A DNA stretch of 64,000 bases from an uncultured Gammaproteobacteria bacterium (GTDB taxonomy: Bacteria; Pseudomonadota; Gammaproteobacteria; Pseudomonadales; JAHEGP01), in contig CAWEHR010000008.1 of NCBI GenBank assembly GCA_963808975.1, positions 114,493 through 178,492 on the forward strand, in the 5' to 3' direction. Both the position numbers and the translations under genes were made by a program. Positions within the stretch are counted from its first letter, which is position 1; every line of letters begins with the position of its first letter. Shown here one piece after another: positions 19,620-27,164 of this stretch. The notes under the pieces were generated by a model that did no database searches, was not told the origin of the DNA, and saw nothing but the letters and a program-made list of their open reading frames with translations.

Positions 19620-20327
19620 ATGGTCCTGGATATCAACAGACCTCTATGGGTCGCATTGGCTGGCGCTCTGTTGTCACTCGCAGCTTGCGGGGGTGACGGG
19701 GCCGGTGATAGCCAAGTTGGAGCCAATTCCCAGCAGGCCGCTGAAGTGGCCGCTGCCGCCGCACAGGGGGGCGCGGCAATTTGGGCAAGCTGTGCAAGTT
19801 GCCACGGCGACCAGGGCCAGGGTACGCAAAGCCTGCAAGCACCATCCCTCGTCAACCAGGACAGTTGGTATCTCAAGCGTCAGTTGCTCAATTTCAAAAC
19901 CGGGATTCGCGGTGCTGCAGACGGTGACGCCGACGGCGCCCAGATGATGGCTGTCGCCCAGGGACTGCCCGATGAGGCTGCCATCGATGCCGTGGTTGAG
20001 CATATCGATACCCTGCCCGATGTCCCCCCGCAGACCACTGTCGAGGGTGTGCCGGCCAAGGGTCGCGACCACTACGATATGGTTTGTGGTGCTTGCCATG
20101 GGCCGGGCGGGCAGGGCAATGTGTTGTTGAATGCCCCCCGGCTGGCGGGTATCGACGATTGGTACCTGGTAAAGCAGTATGGCAACTTTGGTAAAGGCTA
20201 CCGGGGCACCCACAGCGATGATAAATACGGTAAACAGATGCAGATGATGTCAGGGGTCCTGCCCGATGACACTGTCATCGATAACGTCATAGCGTACATT
20301 CAGTCCCGGGCCGTCGGGGTCAAGTAA
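19620..20327 (+). CDS. diheme c-type cytochrome, probable lipoprotein
   Basis: Two CxxCH motifs (CASCH, CGACH) sit in duplicated class I cytochrome c modules. It has the lipobox LAAC. The start is set at ATG 19620, 10 nt after AGGAG; the ORF track begins at TTG 19602. Confidence 0.8.
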   Translation: MVLDINRPLWVALAGALLSLAACGGDGAGDSQVGANSQQAAEVAAAAAQGGAAIWASCASCHGDQGQGTQSLQAPSLVNQDSWYLKRQLLNFKTGIRGAADGDADGAQMMAVAQGLPDEAAIDAVVEHIDTLPDVPPQTTVEGVPAKGRDHYDMVCGACHGPGGQGNVLLNAPRLAGIDDWYLVKQYGNFGKGYRGTHSDDKYGKQMQMMSGVLPDDTVIDNVIAYIQSRAVGVK

Positions 20328-21532
20328 TGCCCCGGCGCCTGACAGGTTTTATTGGTTTTGCTGTGGCGGGGCTGGCCTGGGCCGGGGCTGTCGCTGGCCT
20401 CGACTCGGGTGCCCCGACTGCCCCGCAGTGGAAGCTGGCAGAACATTGCCCCGCAGGGTTCGTCGCGGATCGCGAGCAGCGTTGCAGATTGCGCAGTCTC
20501 TACCGCGGGTATCCCTCCATCCAGGATGCAGGAGTCGGTGGCCTGAAGACCGGCTTACCCGCGATCAGGGACGGTTTCACACCGCAGCAGATCGACCTCG
20601 GGCGCCTGCTGTTTTTTGACCCGGTTTTGTCTGCTGACGATACGGTAGCCTGTGCCAGTTGCCATAATCCCGATCAGGGCTTTGCCGATGGCAGGGCCCA
20701 CAGCATTGGTATCGATAACAAGCCGGTACAACGCTCTGCCCCCAGTTTGTGGAACGTAGGCCTGCAGCAGCGCTTCATGTGGGATGGGGGTAAGTCCAGC
20801 CTGGAGGAGCAGATGCAGGGTCCGCTATTTGCCGACAACGAAATGGGAACCACACCCGAGGCCTTGCGGAAAACCCTGCGGTCTATACCCGCCTATGTCA
20901 GTTTGTTCGAGCAGGCGTTTGGCGTCTCTCCAATTACGCTGGATCAAATCTACACTGCGATAGCCGCTTTCGAGGCGTCCCTGGTTTCGCTCAACAGCCG
21001 CTACGATATGTATGCCCACGGTTTTCACGAGGCGCTGACGGAGCCTGAGATCGAGGGTCTCAACGTGTTTCGCTCCTTTGTTGCCCGCTGCGCCGAGTGC
21101 CACACCCCGCCGTTATTCTCGAACCAGCAGATTGCGGTCATTGGCACGCCGGAGCCTGATGGCGTGGCGCTGGATATCGGTGCCCAGGGCCCGACCGGTG
21201 ACCCGAAACTGCGCGGTGGATTCAAGGTGCCCTCGTTGCGCAATGTTGCCCTGACCGCGCCCTACATGCACTCGGGCCGCTTTGCTACCCTGCGGGAGAC
21301 CGTTGAGTTCTACACCGGTGGCCGCGGTCATGCACTGCCCGAGGGGGAAAACCTCTATCTCCACTGGCATATCTGGGAGCCCCAGCTCAGCGATGCAGAG
21401 TTGGATAGCCTCGTCGATTTTTTGCACACGCTCACCGATGAAGGTTACAAACCCAGGATCCCCGAGACCGTGCCCTCTGGCCTTGCACCCGTGACGAAGC
21501 CGCTCGAATTGGTACAGGAGAGTCATCCATGA
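20327..21532 (+). CDS. diheme cytochrome c peroxidase / MauG-family protein
   Basis: It has the CCP_MauG hallmarks: LGRLLFFDPVLS, first heme CASCHNP, FMWDGGKSSLEEQ, second heme CAECHTPP, and PSLRNVALTAPYMHSG. It has a signal peptide. The TAATG junction overlaps the upstream gene. Confidence 0.88.
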   Translation: MPRRLTGFIGFAVAGLAWAGAVAGLDSGAPTAPQWKLAEHCPAGFVADREQRCRLRSLYRGYPSIQDAGVGGLKTGLPAIRDGFTPQQIDLGRLLFFDPVLSADDTVACASCHNPDQGFADGRAHSIGIDNKPVQRSAPSLWNVGLQQRFMWDGGKSSLEEQMQGPLFADNEMGTTPEALRKTLRSIPAYVSLFEQAFGVSPITLDQIYTAIAAFEASLVSLNSRYDMYAHGFHEALTEPEIEGLNVFRSFVARCAECHTPPLFSNQQIAVIGTPEPDGVALDIGAQGPTGDPKLRGGFKVPSLRNVALTAPYMHSGRFATLRETVEFYTGGRGHALPEGENLYLHWHIWEPQLSDAELDSLVDFLHTLTDEGYKPRIPETVPSGLAPVTKPLELVQESHP

Positions 21533-22917
21533 AAACCCTGAAGTATTTATTGTTCGCGGCGCTGCTGGTGCCGGCGTGGTCGTGTCTTGCGGCTGAAATC
21601 AAGGTCAAGGACGGCGAGTCCATCCAGGACGCCGTCACCAGGGCCCAGCCCGGAGACACCATTCTGGTGTACCCCGGCAGTTACAAGGAGAGCGTCTACA
21701 TCGACAAGGACGATATCACCCTGCGCGGTGTGGTCCAGAAGGGCAAGTGGCCGGTGCTTGAGGGCGAGAAGCTGCGTAACGACGCGATACTCTACTCAGG
21801 TAACGGTATCACCATCGAGCGACTGAAGATTGTCGAGTACAAGGGCAATGCCATCATGGGGCAGTCCGGCAATAACTATGTGATCCGCAATAACTGGGTC
21901 ATAGACGCCGGCGTGTACGGGATCTTTCCCCAGTTCGGGGTCAACGGCCTGATCGAATACAACGTGCTCAGCGGCATCGAGGACGCGGCAATTTACGTGG
22001 GAATGTGCGACAACGTCGATGTGCGCCACAATGAAGTGTTCGACAGCGTGGCGGGAATCGAGATCGAAAACTCGCGTCATGCCCTGGTAGAGAACAATTA
22101 CGCCCACAATAACACCGCCGGGATTCTTACCTTCATTACCCCCGGCCTACCCATCAAGACGACCTACGATGTCGTCATTCGCAATAACTTCGTTGTTAAC
22201 AACAATACGCCAAATTTCGGTGCGCCGGGGTCTATCGTGTCCGGGGTGCCGGTCGGTACCGGCATTCTCATTATGGCGGCTGACGACGTCGTCTTAGAGG
22301 GCAATATTATCTCCGGCAACAACAGCTTCGGCCTGGTCATTACTGACCTGTCTTTCATTACCAATGTCTCCAGCGACCCCGAATCCGAGCCCAACCCCGA
22401 CAACATTCAGGTGCTGGATAACTTCATGATCAACAACGGTAATGACCCGGTGGCCGAGGTTAGGGCGCTGATGGCGACCCGGCTCAGTACAACGGGCCCC
22501 GATATCATGGCGCTTGGCAGCGCAGGGGAAGAAGACAATTGCATGCTGAACCAGCAAGCTTACCGCACCTACGGCACCAAGAAATGGGGCGTTTGCGATC
22601 GAGCGACCACAGCCGATGTGGTGAGCTACCAATTGCCGGAGCCGGCGCCGGCACGCCTCATCGAGAATGACCAGGATCGCGCCGCACATCTGTACAACGG
22701 GATCTGCGCCGGCTGCCATGCTTACAACCTGCGCATGATAGGCCCTGCGGCAATGGTGATTCAGGCGCTGTATCACGACGATCCCGAGGGGTTGGCGGAG
22801 TTCATTGCCAGGCCGTCCAAGATCCGGCCTGACTATCCTGAGATGCCACCCCAGGACTATCTCTCCCCCGAACTGCGTCTCAAAGTGGCGGAATATATGC
22901 TGCAACTGGAAAAATAG
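21529..22917 (+). CDS. periplasmic parallel beta-helix (NosD/CASH-like) protein fused to a C-terminal monoheme cytochrome c domain
   Basis: It has a signal peptide and repeated beta-helix turns (..IRNNWV.., ..IEYNVL.., ..VRHNEV.., ..VENNYA.., ..IRNNFV.., ..LEGNII..). The C-terminus carries CAGCH plus a distal YPEMPP Met ligand. An ATGA overlap joins it to the CCP gene. Confidence 0.8.
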   Translation: MKTLKYLLFAALLVPAWSCLAAEIKVKDGESIQDAVTRAQPGDTILVYPGSYKESVYIDKDDITLRGVVQKGKWPVLEGEKLRNDAILYSGNGITIERLKIVEYKGNAIMGQSGNNYVIRNNWVIDAGVYGIFPQFGVNGLIEYNVLSGIEDAAIYVGMCDNVDVRHNEVFDSVAGIEIENSRHALVENNYAHNNTAGILTFITPGLPIKTTYDVVIRNNFVVNNNTPNFGAPGSIVSGVPVGTGILIMAADDVVLEGNIISGNNSFGLVITDLSFITNVSSDPESEPNPDNIQVLDNFMINNGNDPVAEVRALMATRLSTTGPDIMALGSAGEEDNCMLNQQAYRTYGTKKWGVCDRATTADVVSYQLPEPAPARLIENDQDRAAHLYNGICAGCHAYNLRMIGPAAMVIQALYHDDPEGLAEFIARPSKIRPDYPEMPPQDYLSPELRLKVAEYMLQLEK

Positions 22918-22938
22918 CCGCTATCTCCAGCAACAAAC

Positions 22939-22972
22939 GGCTGTCTGGCTTGCGCTGGGCAGCCTTTTTTTT
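22939..22972 (+). terminator. Rho-independent terminator of the heme operon
   Basis: Stem ggctgtc (22939-22945) pairs with ggcagcc (22958-22964), including one G-U pair, and is followed by T8 (22965-22972). Confidence 0.7.
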
Positions 22973-23111
22973 GCCCGTATCCCGCCCCCTGACGGATTGT
23001 CGGCGGCAACAAGGAATCTCCCGCAAGTGGCAACACCCGGGCGGGCTTTGGCGTTACAATACTGGCTCCTGTAACTGGAAACATGACAAGGACATTGCCA
23101 GGAGGAACGCC

Positions 23112-23696
23112 GTGTTTTATCGATGGAAAAAGTGCATGATGCTGGGGCTGCTACTGGGTGGTACTACCCAGGTACTGGCGCAATCCATGGCGCAGGAAGA
23201 CCTGATAACGCAGGCACAAACCCTCGCCGGCGACTTCCAGAAAAACCTCAAGGGGGCGTTGACCCAGGCGATGACGAGCGGCGGACCGGTGCGCGCGATT
23301 GACGTGTGCAAAGTCGATGCCCCGGCGATCGCCGAAGAACTTTCCAGCGAGGGCTGGGTTGTGGCGCGTACGGCGCTGAAGGTTCGCAATCCAGCCAACG
23401 CCCCCAGTGACTGGGAGCGCAGCGAGATGGAGCAGATGCAGCGGCAGTTGGGAGCCGGCAAAACGCCGGCGGAGATAGTGGTTGCCACAGTGCGAGATAC
23501 CGACAATGGCAAGATTTTCTCCTATATGCAGCCGATCATGACCGGCAAGCTGTGCCTCAACTGTCACGGTGAGCAGCTAGCGCCCGAGGTCGCCGAAGCA
23601 TTGGCAATACATTACCCGGATGACCAGGCGACCGGTTTCAAGGAGGGAGATCTACGCGGTGCGTTTTCCTTCTCCAAAGTCCTGGCAGAAGAATAG
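23112..23696 (+). CDS. DUF3365/Tll0287-like periplasmic c-heme protein
   Basis: The ORF spans 22950-23696. I set the start at GTG 23112, 6 nt after AGGAGG, which gives a signal peptide (RWKKCMMLGLLLGGTTQVLAQ). There is a single CLNCH heme motif. The overall pattern (VCKVDAP..., ...NPANAP..WE...) is typical of the DUF3365 sensor-like domain as I recall it. Confidence 0.7.
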   Translation: MFYRWKKCMMLGLLLGGTTQVLAQSMAQEDLITQAQTLAGDFQKNLKGALTQAMTSGGPVRAIDVCKVDAPAIAEELSSEGWVVARTALKVRNPANAPSDWERSEMEQMQRQLGAGKTPAEIVVATVRDTDNGKIFSYMQPIMTGKLCLNCHGEQLAPEVAEALAIHYPDDQATGFKEGDLRGAFSFSKVLAEE

Positions 23697-23843
23697 CCCG
23701 GCGGCCTGAAGAATAGATTGTGTTGTAGCGCGGCTCTTCCCCTGGCAGTGTTCCCTGGCAGCGGTGGGGGGGGAGCGTGATGCTGTTCTGCGAATGCTGC
23801 CAGACCCAGTCTAGGGTGCGTTTTTTCCTTGGCTGGGAGGCCG

Positions 23844-24953
23844 TCAGTGGCTAATGCAATCGAAAATGGACCGGGCAAAGTGCGACAGCTCCTTGTCCTC
23901 GCCTGTAAAGGGCTGGCGCGGTGACGCTGTAATACGGTCCAGCGTCGCTTGCCAGTTGCCACTGAAGAAGTTCTCCAGTGAAAGCGGGCAATAGGGTATA
24001 TGGCGGCCGGTGGCTGCGGCCAGCACCGGCGCCTCACGGTTATCATTGCGGGTGATACCGACCATCCTGCCGGCGTTGACAATAAATTCCGCGCAGGTCC
24101 CGTAGCCGGGCTTGACGACGCCGGCATCAGCCACGGCAACCAGGTCCTGAAAACTGATGCCGGCGCCGAGGCTGAAGGGCAGGTTGAGAACGGTGGTATC
24201 GGGCGCGCTGATGGGTAAATCGCCCACCACCAGGAATTGGTAATCGCTGCAGCCCTCGATCTCGATGCCCCCGATTGCGGCCGCCTCCCAGCCCCCTACC
24301 GCCACCAGAACCAGCGGACGATGGTCGTCGCTGATGCCCAGGCGTGAAAGTACCGCGTCGCGGGGCAGGCGGGAACGACGTCCAATCAGTGGTGCTTCCT
24401 GGGCGCGCTCAAACGGATGCTGCTCGGCATGAAGCGGTAGCCTGAAATACATAGCCGCCTGGCGATACTGCTGGCGCATGACCTCGAGATACCTCAGCAG
24501 ATCCGGCTGGCCCTCGAACAGCGGTTCCAGTATCCAGTCCCAGCTGAAGTTGCCAATCACGGCGGCCGGCAGGCCCAGTTGCGCCGCCGCGGCAACCGGT
24601 ATCGCCGCCACATCCGAGAGCACCGCGTCGAACCCCCGCGTCGCCAGGAATTGAGCCTCGCTGGCGACGCGCTGCTCAAGCTGCCCGGCCAATTGCCGGT
24701 AGCGGGATTGCGTGGCCGCCGCGTCGAGCTCAAAGCAGGTGCGCTGGATCAAGCCGGGCTCGTAGTCCTGTTGGCGCAGCTCGAGGAGCTCGATGGCACC
24801 GGTGGCCGCGAAGCGCTGCATCGCGTCGGCGGGGACTGCAGTAGAAAAAGTGATGTCAATTTGGGGGAATTGACGTTGTAGCAGGCCAGCAATCGTGCAG
24901 GCCCGGGTTGCGTGGCCAAAGCCGTGGTTGGTGATGGCGTAGAGAACTTTCAT
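23844..24953 (-). CDS. GT-B fold glycosyltransferase (GT1/GT28-like), specificity unknown
   Basis: 369 aa. N-terminal motif ITNHGFGHATR and a C-terminal nucleotide-sugar-binding-like segment (VVKPGYGTCAEFIVNAGRMV). The family assignment is tentative. Confidence 0.6.
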   Translation of the reverse strand: MKVLYAITNHGFGHATRACTIAGLLQRQFPQIDITFSTAVPADAMQRFAATGAIELLELRQQDYEPGLIQRTCFELDAAATQSRYRQLAGQLEQRVASEAQFLATRGFDAVLSDVAAIPVAAAAQLGLPAAVIGNFSWDWILEPLFEGQPDLLRYLEVMRQQYRQAAMYFRLPLHAEQHPFERAQEAPLIGRRSRLPRDAVLSRLGISDDHRPLVLVAVGGWEAAAIGGIEIEGCSDYQFLVVGDLPISAPDTTVLNLPFSLGAGISFQDLVAVADAGVVKPGYGTCAEFIVNAGRMVGITRNDNREAPVLAAATGRHIPYCPLSLENFFSGNWQATLDRITASPRQPFTGEDKELSHFARSIFDCISH

Positions 24954-25171
24954 GGCGGGGGTATGGGTGCTTTGAGTTGAAAGTTAGCCTGGCAAAACCT
25001 GCCAGCGACCCGGGTAATGATACGTAATTGATATAGCGCAAGCTACATCGCAGAAGCTTGCGTTACAATTCACGCTCATTCCTATTCCAATTCGCGTCTC
25101 ATCGTTATTACCGGTTTGGGGCCGACCCAGCGGTCGAGGGAGCGGTGAGCAAGGACTATCCAGGGGTTTAC

Positions 25172-25591
25172 ATGAAAAAAAATGAAAGCATAAACAGCAT
25201 CCTGACCAGCGACGTGGTGTCGGTGCACACCGGGCAGAAGTTGAGCGATGTCAATCGCCTGTTCAAGCAGCACCCTATCCACCACCTGCCCGTGCTCGAC
25301 GGCCGCACGCCGGTGGGCATCATATCTACTAACGATATCTTCAAGTTGATCTTCAATGTCGACGGTACCGATGATCGCATGGCCGATGCCATGCTGGATC
25401 ACCAGTTTTCAATTCGCGATGTGATGAACAGTGATATCAAGACCCTGACAACAAAAGCCACGGTCAAGGACGCCGCATCGGTATTGCAGGACAGCTCCCT
25501 GCACTCGGTAATGGTCGTCGACGACAAGGGTAAGCTGGCCGGCATCGTTACCACCACCGATCTTATTCGCTATCTGCTGGATCAGTTCTAG
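25172..25591 (+). CDS. CBS-domain pair protein
   Basis: I trimmed the start to ATG 25172. Two CBS repeats are present (DVVSVHTGQKLSDV...HHLPVLDG..VGIIS and DIKTLTTKATVKDA...HSVMVVDDKGKLAGIVT). Confidence 0.85.
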   Translation: MKKNESINSILTSDVVSVHTGQKLSDVNRLFKQHPIHHLPVLDGRTPVGIISTNDIFKLIFNVDGTDDRMADAMLDHQFSIRDVMNSDIKTLTTKATVKDAASVLQDSSLHSVMVVDDKGKLAGIVTTTDLIRYLLDQF

Positions 25592-25699
25592 CTGCCATAC
25601 CCCACCGCTTCCTAGCCATATGGGTGCGAACAGCTCCCCTCCCTGGCGCATGGATTACCATGGGACTCGAGGCAACAAACGTGGCAGGGCGACGTTGTT

Positions 25700-25779
25700 G
25701 AAGAGGGTAGTCACGGAAGAGGGTAGGCACGGAAGAGGGTAGGCACGGTCGAGGGCAGGCACGGTCGAGCCCAAGCGAC
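25700..25779. repeat. intergenic 16-bp tandem repeat, about 5 copies (GAAGAGGGTAGKCACG, decaying 3')
   Basis: Read directly: gaagagggtagtcacg, gaagagggtaggcacg (twice), gtcgagggcaggcacg, gtcgagcccaagcgac. It lies between convergent genes. Confidence 0.85.
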
Positions 25780-25815
25780 GAGTTGTAAGCATCGATAGCG
25801 TTTGCGCAGGCTGGT

Positions 25816-26082
25816 TTATCCTTTCAGCGAGTCCTTGATCTTTTCATAGCTGGCCTTGATTTCATTGCCCAGCAAGGTCAGGGCTGCCGCGACGTCCTCC
25901 GAGGACTCATCGGCTGCATTCAGCACCCTGCCACCACGCTGGCGAAGCTCCTGCCACTGCTTCTCAAGGTCTGCCATCTCATCGCGGAGCTCTTGCTGGC
26001 CAAGGTGCAACTTCAGGTTTATCTCATCGCGTTCCTGCTTCAGATAAGCGAGTATCTTCTCCAATTCCTGTTTGTAGTCCAT
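25816..26082 (-). CDS. 88-aa coiled-coil hypothetical protein, downstream of hsp20
   Basis: I trimmed the start to ATG 26082, preceded by AGGAG. The sequence is heptad-like and charged (MDYKQELEKILAYLKQERDEINLKL...). It is on the same strand as hsp20, 120 nt downstream. Confidence 0.6.
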   Translation of the reverse strand: MDYKQELEKILAYLKQERDEINLKLHLGQQELRDEMADLEKQWQELRQRGGRVLNAADESSEDVAAALTLLGNEIKASYEKIKDSLKG

Positions 26083-26202
26083 AACACGAACTCCTGCCTG
26101 GTTACTGGTGCTGAGCCCGGGCTCGTTTCCTGCGTGGCGAACGCCGGCTCCTGAGAGACGCGGTGACCCACATCCACCGCGTCGTGTAAACAACAGCGGG
26201 TA

Positions 26203-26631
26203 TCAGCTGATCTCAACCCGCTTGGTCACCGGTGGCTTCGACGCGGCCTTGGGCACGGTGATGGTCAAGACACCGTTTTCGAAGTTGCCGGAGATATCCT
26301 CCACCGCCACATCGCGGCCCACATTGAAACTGCGCGTATATTTCCCGGTTCGTCGCTCCTTGCGTATCACCTTGCCTTTGTCTTCTTCAGTTTTTTCTTC
26401 GTGACGCTCCGCTTCGAGGGTTAGCACCCCGTCCTCCAGTGTGACGTGGATGTCCTCTTTCTTGACTCCCGGCACATCAACGATGATGCTGTATTGGTCG
26501 TCGTCCGCCTTGATATCGACCTGGGGTGACAAAAAGGCGTTGCCGTTATCGCCCGACATCCGGCTGACCGGGAAAAAATCATCAAAAAACCGGCTAAAGT
26601 CGGTGATGCTGTCTCTGGGTATCAAGTTCAT
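26203..26631 (-). CDS. Hsp20/alpha-crystallin small heat-shock protein (IbpA-like)
   Basis: 142 aa with an alpha-crystallin domain (DIKADDDQYSIIVDVPGVKKEDIHVTLEDGVLTLEAER...GVLTITVPK). AAGGAG serves as the RBS. Confidence 0.93.
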   Translation of the reverse strand: MNLIPRDSITDFSRFFDDFFPVSRMSGDNGNAFLSPQVDIKADDDQYSIIVDVPGVKKEDIHVTLEDGVLTLEAERHEEKTEEDKGKVIRKERRTGKYTRSFNVGRDVAVEDISGNFENGVLTITVPKAASKPPVTKRVEIS

Positions 26632-26690
26632 GCTGTCTCTCCTTCATAATGTCTGCTGAATTCACCTGGGACTTCAGGTCCTTATCTCCG

Positions 26691-26719
26691 AAATAGGGGT
26701 GGGCTAATGGCTTTTCAAG
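26691..26719 (-). promoter_or_regulatory. sigma32 (RpoH)-type heat-shock promoter of hsp20
   Basis: The minus strand reads CTTGAAA, a 13-nt spacer, then CCCCTATTT. The consensus is CTTGAAA-N13/14-CCCCATNT. It lies about 60 nt upstream of the hsp20 ATG. Confidence 0.6.
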
Positions 26720-26906
26720 TACCCACAAGTAAAATAAGTGAAAAGGCTTGCGCCAGGTCAAAAACCCTGCGGTTTTGTGCCACCCGACAAAAAGACTTAT
26801 AGTGGGCGTTACTGCGCTGCTGCTATTGTTTTCGGGGCGAAGCAGGTTCTCAACACCCTGTGTTACGCGCGGCTGATGTGATAGATGGCTTATAGCGGAG
26901 GGCCAA

Positions 26907-27113
26907 ATGCCAGAGATCAAACGCCCGGTAAAAACTATCGAAGTCAATTACGTTTGCGATGCGTGCGGTCATGGCATGATGGAGAAGAAAGGGGAGCTCA
27001 ATCCTGAAACCGGCGAGAATCCCCATGCCTGCATCATCTGCGGGCATGAGCAGGTCTTCAAATGGGTCACCTATCCGAGAATCGTCTATGTGGGTGAGGA
27101 GGAGTCGCTCTAA
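26907..27113 (+). CDS. 68-aa four-cysteine zinc-ribbon-like protein
   Basis: GGAGGG lies 5 nt before the ATG. Two CxxC pairs are present (CDAC...CIIC). A possible sigma70 promoter is TTGTGC, 17 nt, TATAGT at 26775-26803. Confidence 0.55.
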   Translation: MPEIKRPVKTIEVNYVCDACGHGMMEKKGELNPETGENPHACIICGHEQVFKWVTYPRIVYVGEEESL

Positions 27114-27164
27114 GCGCGGACAACATGCCCGCCCCCCATCACTGAGCCCGGCCGGGCGCGCAGA

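Noticed and set aside
25700-25779. Tandem repeats at 25700-25779 and 56720-56784 considered as possible CRISPR arrays.
   Set aside because: The units are 16 and 13 bp and directly abutting, with no unique spacers. There are no cas genes anywhere in the window.
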